The notes: generated from the letters alone by a model not told the origin. DNA of 51,358 nucleotides from a virus (IMGVR_UViG_3300036801_000054:1-51358), one strand, 5' to 3'. Counted from the first letter of the stretch, positions 37,330 through 47,393 are shown. Made by a program: numbers and translations.

Positions 37330-38930
37330 CGAACGTCTCAGACGCTCAGTTTGCAGCATGGCTCCGGACCAATGATCCCGAGCGGACGGTATTGGCGGAC
37401 ATGGAATACCGCGGCAATTATGAGGCTCCAGCGATCACGCCCTACACCGGCTTGGTGCGTCTGGCGACGAACCACTATGTGGACGATAGCGGCCCGCATC
37501 AATACATAGATTGCATCGCCTCGGTGCCCTCATTCTCGCAGGCCGTGGACCGCGAGCGGCTGGGCGGCATCGCCACACTGTCGTTCGGCACGATGGAGCT
37601 TATCAACGATGACGGTCGCGCCGATTTCCTGCTCAATCTAGCCGTTGATGGTGGGCTGATCGCTTACTGGCTTGGCAGTCTCCGTTGGGCGCGCGATGAC
37701 TTTCGCTTGATGTATTCAGCGATCGTGCAGAAAGTGGAGGCCAGCGCGCCGGCGACGCTGTCGGTGACGCTGAAGGACCTCGGGCTCTTGCTCGACAAGT
37801 CGATCGGCGGATCATCGCTCATCGGCGGCACTGGGCCGAATGCCGACCAGCCTCGTTCATATTTCTTCGGCTACGTGCACCAGGCCGAGTGCAAGGTTAA
37901 GGACTTCGGATCGCTTCTATACGACTATGCGGATTCCGGATCGATTGCCGACACCGTAGACCACGTCAGAGATCAAGGTGTGATCGTGCTCTACACCGAC
38001 AACACGGACGGCACCGTCACGCTGTCGGCCTCGCCGACGACATCCGGCCCGATTACCGCCGACCTGTATCGCGAAGTCACCGACGCCTTGCCCGGAGCGC
38101 GCTGTAGCCAACTCATCGACGAACTGATCGCGGATATCGCCGGGTTGAGCGCGCGCGGCCTCTACCGCGGCGCGCATCCGAGCTTCACGGTCGGCGACGC
38201 CGATGATTATCCCGTCGGGATACTCGTCGCTGACAAGACGAATCTGCTCGACGTGCATGAAAACGCCATGACCACGGCGCTCGCTTTCGGGTCGATGAAC
38301 CGATATGGTCAGTACGAATACGGCCGCCTGCGCCCTGACGACATTGCCTCACTGCATCTGCCGGTATCGGCGACGGTGCGCGCAGACGATATAGCGCCGC
38401 ACGATCAGATCGTAATCGACCGCGCCGTGCCGACCTACTACTCGACTCCGGTCATTGTCAATCGGAACTGGACCTCTCAGTCGCAGTTCGCCGATTCCAT
38501 CGTCGGCGATGTGCTGGCCGGCTTCACGCGCACCGGCTACTACGTCGATCCGTACACGGCGCCAGCCGATGACACCTACGAGGTGAACCCGCAAGCCTAT
38601 CACCGCCTGCTGGTCAAGGCGCCAGCACAGGACACCCTGATTTCGGCGATTGATGATGCCACAGCGCGGCCATTTGCCCTGCGTTGGATCGCCGCGCGCC
38701 TGGCGCAATCGCTGCCGTGGCTGGAGTTCGTCTCGGTCACAGTCGGCCTCTGGTTCTACTACCTGCGACTCGGCGACGTGGTACGGCTGGACCTGGATGG
38801 CAGGCTCGGATTCGACTCGAACTCGCGCCTGCAACTGGCGGGCATGGTCATGTCGGTGGCAGAGAACAAATTGGTATTGATTCTGGTGCGCCGTCGGCCT
38901 GCCATCGTCACGGGGAACCCGAATGCCTAA
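37326..38930 (+). CDS. Tail tip / minor tail protein
   Basis: Follows the TMP; LINDDGRAD, FFGYVHQ, LRLGDVVRL. Confidence 0.7.
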   Translation: MTNVSDAQFAAWLRTNDPERTVLADMEYRGNYEAPAITPYTGLVRLATNHYVDDSGPHQYIDCIASVPSFSQAVDRERLGGIATLSFGTMELINDDGRADFLLNLAVDGGLIAYWLGSLRWARDDFRLMYSAIVQKVEASAPATLSVTLKDLGLLLDKSIGGSSLIGGTGPNADQPRSYFFGYVHQAECKVKDFGSLLYDYADSGSIADTVDHVRDQGVIVLYTDNTDGTVTLSASPTTSGPITADLYREVTDALPGARCSQLIDELIADIAGLSARGLYRGAHPSFTVGDADDYPVGILVADKTNLLDVHENAMTTALAFGSMNRYGQYEYGRLRPDDIASLHLPVSATVRADDIAPHDQIVIDRAVPTYYSTPVIVNRNWTSQSQFADSIVGDVLAGFTRTGYYVDPYTAPADDTYEVNPQAYHRLLVKAPAQDTLISAIDDATARPFALRWIAARLAQSLPWLEFVSVTVGLWFYYLRLGDVVRLDLDGRLGFDSNSRLQLAGMVMSVAENKLVLILVRRRPAIVTGNPNA

Positions 38931-39768
38931 CCTCCGCATTACGGTGCCCAACTATCACGATGAGGCGGTGCTGACGACGGAACTGGAATCGTTTACCGGT
39001 TTCGCGGTGGGGAATACGCAGAACGTCGAGCGCGATTCTGTCTGGCGTTCAGGCGACCTGACGGCGCAGAAATTGTATGGCGTATTCCCCAATGACGGGC
39101 ACGTCTGCGATTCCTTCGGGCTGTTCCGGCACGGCTGCTTGGGCGGCACCATCCAGTTCGTGGGTTTCTCGACGCCGGACTGGACCGGTACACCAGAGAT
39201 CGATACCGGCAAGCTCGAGACGGTCGATGCGATCACGCTGGGCAGTCTGGCCCCGTTTGGCACGACGCCGCTCGGCGTGCTCAATGACCCGTTCGCCGAC
39301 GAGGCCCCGCTTGTGCATTACTTCACGGCGAAACCTCTGAAGTCGTACTACTTCCGCTTCGAAGATACGCACGTGAAGGCGATCAATCCCTACTGGCAAG
39401 TCGGACGCATCGTGCTCGGCCAAGCCTTCGAGGTTGGCATCAACCCGGCCTATGGTGCCGAACTTGGATTCTCAGATACCAGCGCCGAGCGGACGCGGAC
39501 CCGGGGTGGCACGCTGCGCGTGGGTCCGGGGGCGATGGTGCGATCGATGATGCTCGATTTCCAATGGGTGAATGAGGCCGATCGTCCGACCTGGGAAGAT
39601 GTGATGCGCTACGCCATGACCTCGCGCGACGTAATGCTGTCATTGTTCCCGAACTCCGGCGGCAGGCTCGAGCGCAGCAATACCATCAACGGAACCTTCA
39701 GTTCGCTCGATGGCATCGGTCGGCAGATCAGTTGGCTCACGAAAAAAGTAGTGATTGAGGAGAACTGA
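38923..39768 (+). CDS. Minor tail protein
   Basis: NTQN..VWRS, YWQVGRIVLG, NPAYG, RTRGG. Confidence 0.7.
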   Translation: MPNLRITVPNYHDEAVLTTELESFTGFAVGNTQNVERDSVWRSGDLTAQKLYGVFPNDGHVCDSFGLFRHGCLGGTIQFVGFSTPDWTGTPEIDTGKLETVDAITLGSLAPFGTTPLGVLNDPFADEAPLVHYFTAKPLKSYYFRFEDTHVKAINPYWQVGRIVLGQAFEVGINPAYGAELGFSDTSAERTRTRGGTLRVGPGAMVRSMMLDFQWVNEADRPTWEDVMRYAMTSRDVMLSLFPNSGGRLERSNTINGTFSSLDGIGRQISWLTKKVVIEEN

Positions 39769-39770
39769 GC

Positions 39771-40403
39771 ATGTCCGGATGGCCGCTGACCGTCGATTCC
39801 GATGACTATATCGAGCTCCTCAATGGCCTGAAGGATCAGGTCGAGGCGCTCGGCAGCATTACCCTGCTCCGCGGTCCGCAAGGCTCGGTTGGACCACGCG
39901 GTTTCCGCGGCTTTGTCGGACCCGATGGTACGGTCGGCGTTCCTGGCAGTCAGATTTACAGCGGCAGCGGCGCGCCGACCTCTGGCATCGGCATCGATGG
40001 TGACTACTACATCGACACGACCGCCAAGGTACTCTACGGCCCGAAGACGGGCGGCGCGTGGCCGACGCCTGGGCTCAACCTCGGCACCGATGTCGTCCAG
40101 CGCGAAGCCATCGTGGCACTGACCTTGGGCAATGGCAGCAACGATCTTGACTGGGACCTCTATGGCGCGTTCTCGCTGACCTGTACCGGTACGAGCTGCG
40201 CGCTCAATCATCTGAACCTACCGACGCCGCTCGTCGGCTCCATGCTTGGCTTCATCTTCGACGGAGGGAACGCGGACGTGGCGACGCTCTTTCCAGGCGT
40301 GACCTGGACGGCGAACACGGCACCCGATATGCCGGCCTCGGGCTTCAATCTCGTCTCGCTCTGGTGCTATGACGGCTCGACGCTATACGGGTGCGCGGCA
40401 TGA
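39771..40403 (+). CDS. Tail fibre-like protein with short collagen segment
   Basis: GPQGSVGPRGFRGFVGPDG; GSGAPTSGIGIDGDYYID..YGPK. Confidence 0.65.
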   Translation: MSGWPLTVDSDDYIELLNGLKDQVEALGSITLLRGPQGSVGPRGFRGFVGPDGTVGVPGSQIYSGSGAPTSGIGIDGDYYIDTTAKVLYGPKTGGAWPTPGLNLGTDVVQREAIVALTLGNGSNDLDWDLYGAFSLTCTGTSCALNHLNLPTPLVGSMLGFIFDGGNADVATLFPGVTWTANTAPDMPASGFNLVSLWCYDGSTLYGCAA

Positions 40404-41326
40404 TGAATCTGAAGGCCCTGCGCCATCACGGCTCGCTTGCGCCGCCGGCACCGGATCATCTTACGCTCCGCTACTACCTCGGCGGATCGACCTTCGACAC
40501 TGACGCGGACGGGACGCAGACCTTCGTTTATCCCGATGGACCGTTCGTGTTCTATGCGCTGGGACCGAGCGCCACTAATCCACCGCTGCTCGATTGGCTC
40601 ATCAACAGCGACAACAGCTATCTCCTCGGGTCCATCGGCCGCGATACCGTCAACCTCGGCGGCGGGCTTACCACGGCGGCGCGGCTGACTCTGCAATACT
40701 TTCCACGGCACTATCTCGGCTCGACGTTCGAAGCACAGGCGTTTGAGCACGACACGGTCTTTCCCTATTCGACGCCCTACGGTCCATTGCTTGAATTTGC
40801 CTGCGATCCAAGTGCGCACGATCCATCGTTCGATGCCGGCAATGGCTGGTACGTCAATCGCTTCTCGGACCAAGGCGGATTCCACGAGATCGACAGCGCC
40901 GTCTCGATCACGAATCAGTATCCGGCCGGCTGGGACACGGCCGAGAAAGTAAAGCAGGGCAACCTCATCGCGCTCCTGCCAGACGGATACGCATGGGGCA
41001 CGCTCGCGAACTCGCGCTTCTCTTACGTCGTGACGCAGACCGCGGGGCCGGCGCGAGACTTCGATGTGGAAGCGTATACGACCACAGACGCTGGCAATCG
41101 CGTGCGGCAGAACGATTGGGCGACATTCGGTGGCGCGTCCAATTCCGACTGGTGGACCTTCGATACCTACGCTGGCGCGCTCACCGCGCCGCACCCGTTC
41201 AATGCCTTCGTTGTCGCCAAGCGGCAACAGATGGGCTACGACTACACGGGCACCGCCTACAGCATCCAGCCGAAGTTGCTAGGCGTGGACTTCGGCACCG
41301 CGATTAACCTGGCTTGCGAGGTGTAG
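40400..41326 (+). CDS. Hypothetical tail-associated protein
   Basis: Aromatic-rich ORF between the two fibre paralogues. Confidence 0.55.
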   Translation: MMNLKALRHHGSLAPPAPDHLTLRYYLGGSTFDTDADGTQTFVYPDGPFVFYALGPSATNPPLLDWLINSDNSYLLGSIGRDTVNLGGGLTTAARLTLQYFPRHYLGSTFEAQAFEHDTVFPYSTPYGPLLEFACDPSAHDPSFDAGNGWYVNRFSDQGGFHEIDSAVSITNQYPAGWDTAEKVKQGNLIALLPDGYAWGTLANSRFSYVVTQTAGPARDFDVEAYTTTDAGNRVRQNDWATFGGASNSDWWTFDTYAGALTAPHPFNAFVVAKRQQMGYDYTGTAYSIQPKLLGVDFGTAINLACEV

Positions 41327-41328
41327 CG

Positions 41329-42264
41329 ATGGGCTGGCCGCTTACCGTCAATTCGACTGACTACATCGAGCTTATCAACGAGCTCCACGAGACGACGCTG
41401 ATCCCCGGCCCACCGGGCACTACCGTCAATATCCTGACCGGCAGCGGCGATCCGGCCGACGGCACGGGGGCGGACGGCGACTTCTACATCGATACCGATA
41501 CCTCGACCATCTGGGGTCCGAAGGCGGCCGGAACATGGGCCGGTACGTCGGGCGGCGTGATTCCAGGGACCGGAGGTGGCGGCCTGCCATCATGGTATGC
41601 ACCGGGCTCACTCACTGCATCCGTCGATGCGGTCGCCAACAATCTCACCGTCGACTTCAGCGCCAAGCGCGAGTGGAATGTGGCGGTCGATGCGGCGCTC
41701 GACACGTTCACCTTTACCGCGCCGACCGGAACGCCAAAGGTGGCGATGTCGCCGCTCATTCTGCGGCTCTACGTCAGCGGCTCAGGCACGCTCGACCCCG
41801 ACATTTGGTACAGCGGCGGGGCGACCAATATCTTCAACTGGAAGACGATTCCGACATACGTGCCGGCGAGCGGCAATTCTCTAGTGCTCTATCTCGACTA
41901 TGACCCGTCCGAAGGCTGGTTCATGTGGACCGGATATGCGGTCGAGTCGGCAGCGTTGGACGCGAACGCGGAGATCGACAACCAGTCTCCGGTGACCGGC
42001 TTCAGTTATACGGTCAAGAATGGCTCGTTCTATCTGATGCTGACGCCATTGGGCACGCTCGCCACGGGCACGGTGACGATGCCGCCAACGCCTGTCGAGC
42101 GTCAGGTCGTGTCGATCAACTCGACGCAGATCATTACGTCGTTCACGCTCAACGCCAACAGTGGGCAGACGCTCGTCGGTGCGCCTGCCGCGCTGGCGGT
42201 CAATACGCCGATCCGGTTCGTCTGGGACCGCACGACTGGCGGCGGTACTTGGTGGCCGGCCTAG
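41329..42264 (+). CDS. Tail fibre-like protein, paralogue of 39771
   Basis: GWPLTVNSTDYIELIN; GSGDPADGTGADGDFYID..WGPK; LTPLGTLATGTVTMP. Confidence 0.65.
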   Translation: MGWPLTVNSTDYIELINELHETTLIPGPPGTTVNILTGSGDPADGTGADGDFYIDTDTSTIWGPKAAGTWAGTSGGVIPGTGGGGLPSWYAPGSLTASVDAVANNLTVDFSAKREWNVAVDAALDTFTFTAPTGTPKVAMSPLILRLYVSGSGTLDPDIWYSGGATNIFNWKTIPTYVPASGNSLVLYLDYDPSEGWFMWTGYAVESAALDANAEIDNQSPVTGFSYTVKNGSFYLMLTPLGTLATGTVTMPPTPVERQVVSINSTQIITSFTLNANSGQTLVGAPAALAVNTPIRFVWDRTTGGGTWWPA

Positions 42265-42267
42265 AGC

Positions 42268-42726
42268 ATGATAAAACGCCGCGGCAACGATAACCCAGAC
42301 GACACTGGTGTTCTCCATCGGCATCCGCTTGAGGGGCCGGACTCGAATTGGGGCAGGGCCCTGGTCGGTGAAGTCAAGTCGATCCGCGAAGGCACCGCGG
42401 ATATGCACAAACAAAATCTCGGCATCATTCAAGCGGTGCGCAGCGAAGTCCAAAAACTAGACGATAAGGTGACGCTGCACATCTCCAATGACGAGACAGA
42501 ATTGGCAGCCATAAGGAAAACAGTTGCGCTGCAGCCGACCACGGAGCAGATGAAGGGATTGCTCAACGCCTGGACAGCTTGGCGCGGAGCGGCGCTGGTC
42601 GGAAAATGGGGCGCTGCATCTCTCGTCCTGCTGGCCGGTGTCGCTGTTTCCTTAGCAGCTATCGCTGGCGTCGTGCTGTGGGTAATGGGTAAAGCTCCGT
42701 TCCCGGCGATACATATTGGTGGATGA
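42268..42726 (+). CDS. Membrane protein (holin/antiholin candidate)
   Basis: Coiled coil plus C-terminal TM; immediately before the endolysin. Confidence 0.55.
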   Translation: MIKRRGNDNPDDTGVLHRHPLEGPDSNWGRALVGEVKSIREGTADMHKQNLGIIQAVRSEVQKLDDKVTLHISNDETELAAIRKTVALQPTTEQMKGLLNAWTAWRGAALVGKWGAASLVLLAGVAVSLAAIAGVVLWVMGKAPFPAIHIGG

Positions 42727-43195
42727 GATGAGTCCGAACCTGCAAGCCTTCCTTGATATGCTCGCGCGCTGCGAAGGCACAGACGGTGCAGACGGCTATC
42801 GCGCTCTATTCGGTTACACGCCGACGAACGGGCGCATCTTCGACAACGGCTATATCGACCATCCAGGCATCAAGTTTCCATTCACGCAGACCGATGGCGC
42901 GACGAACTATTCCACGGCCGCCGGCCGCTACCAGATCATCAAGCCGACATGGCTCGAACTGAAGTCTGCGCTCGGCTTGGTCGCGTTCACGCCCGCCGAT
43001 CAGGATGCCGCCGCGATTGAATTGATTCGGCGCTGCGGCGCGCTACCAGATATCGAGGCCGGCGATCTGCAGGCCGCCATCGACAAGTGCGCTGGCATTT
43101 GGGCGTCGCTGCCAGCGAGCCACTATCCGCAGCCGAAGCGTACCTACGCCTTCGCCGAGAAAGCATTTGCGGACGCGGGGGGCGCCATCGCATGA
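42716..43195 (+). CDS. Endolysin, lambda R-like lytic transglycosylase
   Basis: AFLDML..EGT, STAAGRYQ, QDAAA, WASLP; start could be 42728. Confidence 0.92.
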   Translation: MVDEMSPNLQAFLDMLARCEGTDGADGYRALFGYTPTNGRIFDNGYIDHPGIKFPFTQTDGATNYSTAAGRYQIIKPTWLELKSALGLVAFTPADQDAAAIELIRRCGALPDIEAGDLQAAIDKCAGIWASLPASHYPQPKRTYAFAEKAFADAGGAIA

Positions 43196-43395
43196 AACTC
43201 TGCGTCGAACAGCGCGGACCGCTCTACATCGGAGCGACGCTGACGACGGCGCGCGGCATGGTCGTGCTCCGGCGCTGGCCGTGGCCCGGCAACGAAGTCG
43301 GGCGCGAGCGGCACTTGCGTGCTGCCAAGACTTATGCGAACTCGGTCGCGAACGTGCTGACGTGTCCGGTCGAGATCGCGGAGGTATTGCAATGA
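43192..43395 (+). CDS. Hypothetical protein
   Basis: ATGA overlaps at both ends. Confidence 0.5.
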   Translation: MKLCVEQRGPLYIGATLTTARGMVVLRRWPWPGNEVGRERHLRAAKTYANSVANVLTCPVEIAEVLQ

Positions 43396-44585
43396 CCGCA
43401 GTTCTAAAGCCTGCTCGGCAAGACGCTCGCGACTACCGGTACGACGTTGGGGCCGCGGCGCCCGCGCCCGCCACGCTTGATTTATCGTCGCTCTACACGT
43501 TCGGCATGGTCGGTCAGGCCGGTGCTAACGATTGCGCCGGGCTGGCCGCGGCGAACCTTGCCCAGGCATGGCAGTGCCTCTGGGGATACGCCCCGAAGAT
43601 CGCGCTCAACGGCGCGTGCGTCTACGTGCTGACGAAGGAGGCCGCGGGTGCCAAGGCCGCCGATAACGTCGGCACGACCGTCTCCGGCAACCTCGCGACG
43701 CTGCTCAAGACCGGAGCGCCGCGCGACTCGTTCGCGTGCTCGCCGTTCACGGACCCGAGCACGGATGCTCTGGCCGACTCTGCGAAGCACAAGATCACGG
43801 CCTACCGAAACGTGTTCTTCCATGGCAGCGATGCTGGCGCCATCGACGCGATCAAGTCCGCGCTCGCGAACCGATACCCGATCGAGTTCGGCTTCGATGT
43901 CTATAAGTCGTGGTGGGACACCGGGACGCTGAAGTGGCCGCTCGACCCTGCCGACTACGACGGTCGCAGCCATGCGTGCGTGCTCTACCCGAAGTACGAC
44001 GCCGACTTCGTCTACATGATCAACACGCGCGGCGGCAGCGGGCTCTGGCGCCTGCCCTGGGCGTTCATCGCGACGTCACACTGTTTCACCGGCTACACGA
44101 TCGATGGCATCGCGATGGCCGATTCGTGGCAGGGCCAGCCGCCGCCAGCGCCATCTCCACCACCGACCAAGAGGGCGACTCCAGTGCTCAACGCTTCAGC
44201 ATCGATAACGGTTCCACCGGGCGGACCAACCCCGACCGGCCTCATCACCGTGACCTATTCAGGCGACGCAAATTACTCCGCGGTCAGTATGCAACTCAAC
44301 CCCGACGGAACGACGCCGACGGCACCGCCGCCCCCGGCGCCTGGGTCCGGTCTGCTCCACGACATTGCGATGGGTCAGTCGTTCGTCTCCGGGGCCGGCG
44401 ACAAATGGGAGATCGTGACGAACGCCACTCCTCCGAACGGACAGATGCTGCGGAACGGGGCCGCGACTGGCATGAGCGGCGACCGCATTGTCGAGACAAG
44501 CGACGGCAAGGTGAAGCTGCACCGTTACACCGGATCGTGGTTCCAGTGGAACCCTCCGAACTTCGATCAGACGAAGGCGCCATGA
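43392..44585 (+). CDS. Papain-like (C1-type) cysteine peptidase with Pro-rich linker and C-terminal domain
   Basis: DARDYRY..LDL..GQAGANDC..IKSALA..PIEFGFDVY..SHACVL..MINT; GAGG RBS. Confidence 0.7.
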   Translation: MTAVLKPARQDARDYRYDVGAAAPAPATLDLSSLYTFGMVGQAGANDCAGLAAANLAQAWQCLWGYAPKIALNGACVYVLTKEAAGAKAADNVGTTVSGNLATLLKTGAPRDSFACSPFTDPSTDALADSAKHKITAYRNVFFHGSDAGAIDAIKSALANRYPIEFGFDVYKSWWDTGTLKWPLDPADYDGRSHACVLYPKYDADFVYMINTRGGSGLWRLPWAFIATSHCFTGYTIDGIAMADSWQGQPPPAPSPPPTKRATPVLNASASITVPPGGPTPTGLITVTYSGDANYSAVSMQLNPDGTTPTAPPPPAPGSGLLHDIAMGQSFVSGAGDKWEIVTNATPPNGQMLRNGAATGMSGDRIVETSDGKVKLHRYTGSWFQWNPPNFDQTKAP

Positions 44586-44890
44586 ATTTGCGCGAAGCCG
44601 TCATCCAGGCGATCACCGACGATCATCAGCAGATCGACGTGGGCCGGCTCGCCTTGTTCGCGGTCATGTGGATCGTGCTCGGGGCGATTCCGTGGGTGCT
44701 GATCCTTGCCTCGGTCGCGCTCGTCACGGGGCGGTCGCTGGCTGACCTATGGGGCGTCGGGGCGGCGATTGGCGCGATCTGCACCGGGTTCGCTGGCGCG
44801 ATCGCGGCGCTCGGCGCCTATGTCAGCCAGGACAAGAAGCCGACCGCGCCACTGCCGCCGACCGCGCCTAGCGCAAGCCTGCTCAAATGA
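44582..44890 (+). CDS. Holin-like two-TM protein
   Basis: DVGRLAL plus two hydrophobic segments. Confidence 0.55.
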   Translation: MNLREAVIQAITDDHQQIDVGRLALFAVMWIVLGAIPWVLILASVALVTGRSLADLWGVGAAIGAICTGFAGAIAALGAYVSQDKKPTAPLPPTAPSASLLK

Positions 44891-45321
44891 TGCTCGCCGA
44901 ACTCCACGCCAAGGCCGCCGAGAGCGCGCAGCGCAGTCCGCTGACGTGGGGCGCGCTGCAGACCGTCATCTCGGCTGTCGCCTCGACCATTATCGGCGTC
45001 GTCGCCGTGCTCGCCTGGACAGACAACCGCTACGAACTCCGCGACCATTCGCCGGACCGGCCGCCGGATATGACGCTCAGGCAGGAGATGCTCGCCGGCC
45101 GCACGACCGCGCAACGGACAAGCGCGTGGATCACCGTGCAGCTCGTCAAGAATGAAGCCACGGCAGCGCGCAACCGGGTCAACGATTGCAACGTGCTCCG
45201 AGAGAAGGCCGCGCTGACGCCGATGGAGCGCGGCGTATGCAAGCAGTACGACGACGAGCTGCCGATGGCCCAGAGGCGCTATGACGATGCGCTCGCCGAG
45301 GCCAACAGGCTTTCCCGATGA
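44887..45321 (+). CDS. Single-TM hypothetical protein
   Basis: N-terminal TM then helical region. Confidence 0.55.
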   Translation: MMLAELHAKAAESAQRSPLTWGALQTVISAVASTIIGVVAVLAWTDNRYELRDHSPDRPPDMTLRQEMLAGRTTAQRTSAWITVQLVKNEATAARNRVNDCNVLREKAALTPMERGVCKQYDDELPMAQRRYDDALAEANRLSR

Positions 45322-45342
45322 ACCCAACGAAGGAGAACTGAC

Positions 45343-45555
45343 ATGGTGAGCGGACAGGAACTCGTTTCGGTGCTCGTGTATTTGGTCATCTGGGGGCTGA
45401 TCATCTACGTGCTCTGGTGGGGAATTGGCAAGGTCGGCCTGCCGGAACCCTTCGGCAAGATCGCGACCGTCATCCTTGTCGTGCTGACAGTCGTCGTCCT
45501 GCTGAACCTCCTGCTCGGATTCGCGGGAACGCCGCTGATCACTTGGCGACGCTGA
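45343..45555 (+). CDS. Small two-TM membrane protein
   Basis: AAGGAG RBS; LIIYVLWW..LPEPFGKI. Confidence 0.7.
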   Translation: MVSGQELVSVLVYLVIWGLIIYVLWWGIGKVGLPEPFGKIATVILVVLTVVVLLNLLLGFAGTPLITWRR

Positions 45556-45556
45556 C

Positions 45557-46030
45557 GTGTTCGAAATCATCAAGCTCGTCGCGATCGGACTCGCCTTGGC
45601 GGCGATGGCTGCGGCGGCGCATAAAGCATGGACCTCGTTCAAGGAGGGCATCGCCGCTCCCTACGTGCAGGCGCAGATAGCGGCCGATCAGCCGAAGATT
45701 GATGCGGCGGTAGCGGCCCAGACGCTCGCGGAGGCGAACACGAAGGCCGCCCGCGACAGCGAAGCCTCGTGCAAGAGCGCCTCTGAGGTGGTCACAGCGC
45801 AGGCGAAGAAGGACAAGGACAAGAGCGCCGCGCTTGAACAACAGCTTGTCGCGACCAAGCACGCCAACGCAGCCGCGGCAACCGCGAGTCAGCCCGAGAT
45901 TGACCGCTGGCGCGCTGCGGCTCGCGACGAGAAGAACGCGCACAAAGTCTGCGAGGACACGCTGGCGGTCATTACGCCGGAGCTCCGCGACCAAGCCAAG
46001 CAGCAGATACGGCAGCGGGGCGGGAAGTGA
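45557..46030 (+). CDS. i-spanin (Rz-like)
   Basis: N-terminal TM plus Ala-rich coiled coil; in the lysis cassette. Confidence 0.65.
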   Translation: MFEIIKLVAIGLALAAMAAAAHKAWTSFKEGIAAPYVQAQIAADQPKIDAAVAAQTLAEANTKAARDSEASCKSASEVVTAQAKKDKDKSAALEQQLVATKHANAAAATASQPEIDRWRAAARDEKNAHKVCEDTLAVITPELRDQAKQQIRQRGGK

Positions 46031-46497
46031 TAGACCTCGCTCGGGCGGTCATTGCCGTGGAAGGGCATACCCGAGTCCCCGTCCAGAGGCTTCCGCTTCT
46101 CGGACGTCCCGGTACTTTTGACCGCCGGGCCGCAGGGATTGCGATTTTAGCACTATTGCTTGCCGCCTGCGGAGCCGTGGCACCGGTCAAGCCGCCAGAC
46201 GCGACAATCCAGTACGTGCCGACTCCATACGCGGTGAAAGAACCCTGCTTCAAAGAGGAGGATCGGCCGCCGCTGCCCGTCTACACCTTCAACACCGATG
46301 CCGAAGTCGATGCGGCGAGCCCCGAGCAGCTTGTCGCCGGGATGCGCGCCGATAAAATCGTCGATTGCCGCTACCAGGCCGCGCTCGAGCGCCTGTTCAT
46401 CGTTTGCAGACAGAAGGAAGGTGCGCCAGTGACCGAGCTAGCGCCTCTTCAGTGCGGCTCGCCGATAGAAACACCACCCAAGGAGGTCAAGAAATGA
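46027..46497 (+). CDS. o-spanin-like lipoprotein
   Basis: Lipobox LLLAAC; Pro-rich; follows the i-spanin; start uncertain. Confidence 0.6.
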   Translation: MIDLARAVIAVEGHTRVPVQRLPLLGRPGTFDRRAAGIAILALLLAACGAVAPVKPPDATIQYVPTPYAVKEPCFKEEDRPPLPVYTFNTDAEVDAASPEQLVAGMRADKIVDCRYQAALERLFIVCRQKEGAPVTELAPLQCGSPIETPPKEVKK

Positions 46498-46925
46498 GCC
46501 ACCTATATCGAACGGTATATATCTGGATATATCCCGGGATATGCCTTGCCCAAACCCTCGTCCCGGCCGCCGCGCCGACCGACTGGAGCTTCTATGGCTT
46601 CATCCTGGTGACCGTCGCCCTGGTCACCCTCGTTATCTGGCTGCATCGGAAATTCCCGAGCCAGACCGCGAAAGTAGACGCCGAGCTCAAGACGAAGAGC
46701 GTCGACGTCGGCCACCGGATCGCGGACGGGCTCGAGGCGTTGGTCGCGAAGATCGACAAGGCGGCGGTCGCGCCGGCTCCGGCAGCGGATCCAGCCCCAT
46801 CGCCGGAACCAGTGCCAGCCGGCAAGGCCGGGCAGGCGGGGAAGCTATCGATCGACGTGACCGGCGATCCGGCTACCGACTTGGCAGCGTTCCAAGCCGC
46901 GTATTTCGCGAAACCGGCTGCGTAG
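46494..46925 (+). CDS. Membrane protein
   Basis: AGGAGG RBS; TM segment FYGFILVTVALVTLVIWL. Confidence 0.6.
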   Translation: MSHLYRTVYIWIYPGICLAQTLVPAAAPTDWSFYGFILVTVALVTLVIWLHRKFPSQTAKVDAELKTKSVDVGHRIADGLEALVAKIDKAAVAPAPAADPAPSPEPVPAGKAGQAGKLSIDVTGDPATDLAAFQAAYFAKPAA

Positions 46926-46958
46926 GATCGCTCAGGTTCGACGCGGCGTGAGGTCGGG

Positions 46959-47099
46959 CTATTCGGATGTGTCCGGGAAATAGCCGCCGATGCGAAACGG
47001 ATTACTCCACTTGCCGGGGCGCGCGACCCTCACCGTATTCGGCGGCATCTTCCAGCCCTTCTTGCGCGACAACTGCACGCGATGCGGTCGCTCCCTCAT
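46959..47099 (-). pseudogene. Truncated DUF4326-like gene
   Basis: PHRVQLSRKKGWKMPPNTVRVARPGKWSNPF, then a stop after 46 aa. Confidence 0.55.
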
Positions 47100-47392
47100 C
47101 TCGCGCCCGGGTCGGTGGGCGGGGCGAGAGCGCGGATGGCATGAGCGCATGAGGTGCATGCGCCGACGAATTGCAGTCGTCCGTCCGGCGCCGATTTAGC
47201 CAGCAAGTCGCATCGATCAGCCGCCTCCTCCAGCGCATCACTCCTCGCGCTCGCCAGCAGGACTTCGAGTTCGGCGATGCGTTCGTCCTTGGATTGACCG
47301 ACGAATATCGATCCATCCTCGTTTATGCGAATCTCTGGATGGTCAGGGCTGCTCAGCAGCGCTTCCAATTCACGAACTGTAGGTTTGCTCAC
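47096..47392 (-). CDS. Hypothetical protein
   Basis: GTG start; ARSDALEEAA..C. Confidence 0.55.
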   Translation of the reverse strand: MSKPTVRELEALLSSPDHPEIRINEDGSIFVGQSKDERIAELEVLLASARSDALEEAADRCDLLAKSAPDGRLQFVGACTSCAHAIRALAPPTDPGAR

Positions 47393-47393
47393 C

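Noticed and set aside
39771-42264. Diversity-generating retroelement or invertible fibre cassette
   Set aside because: No reverse transcriptase or invertase; the similarity is at protein level, not adenine-specific
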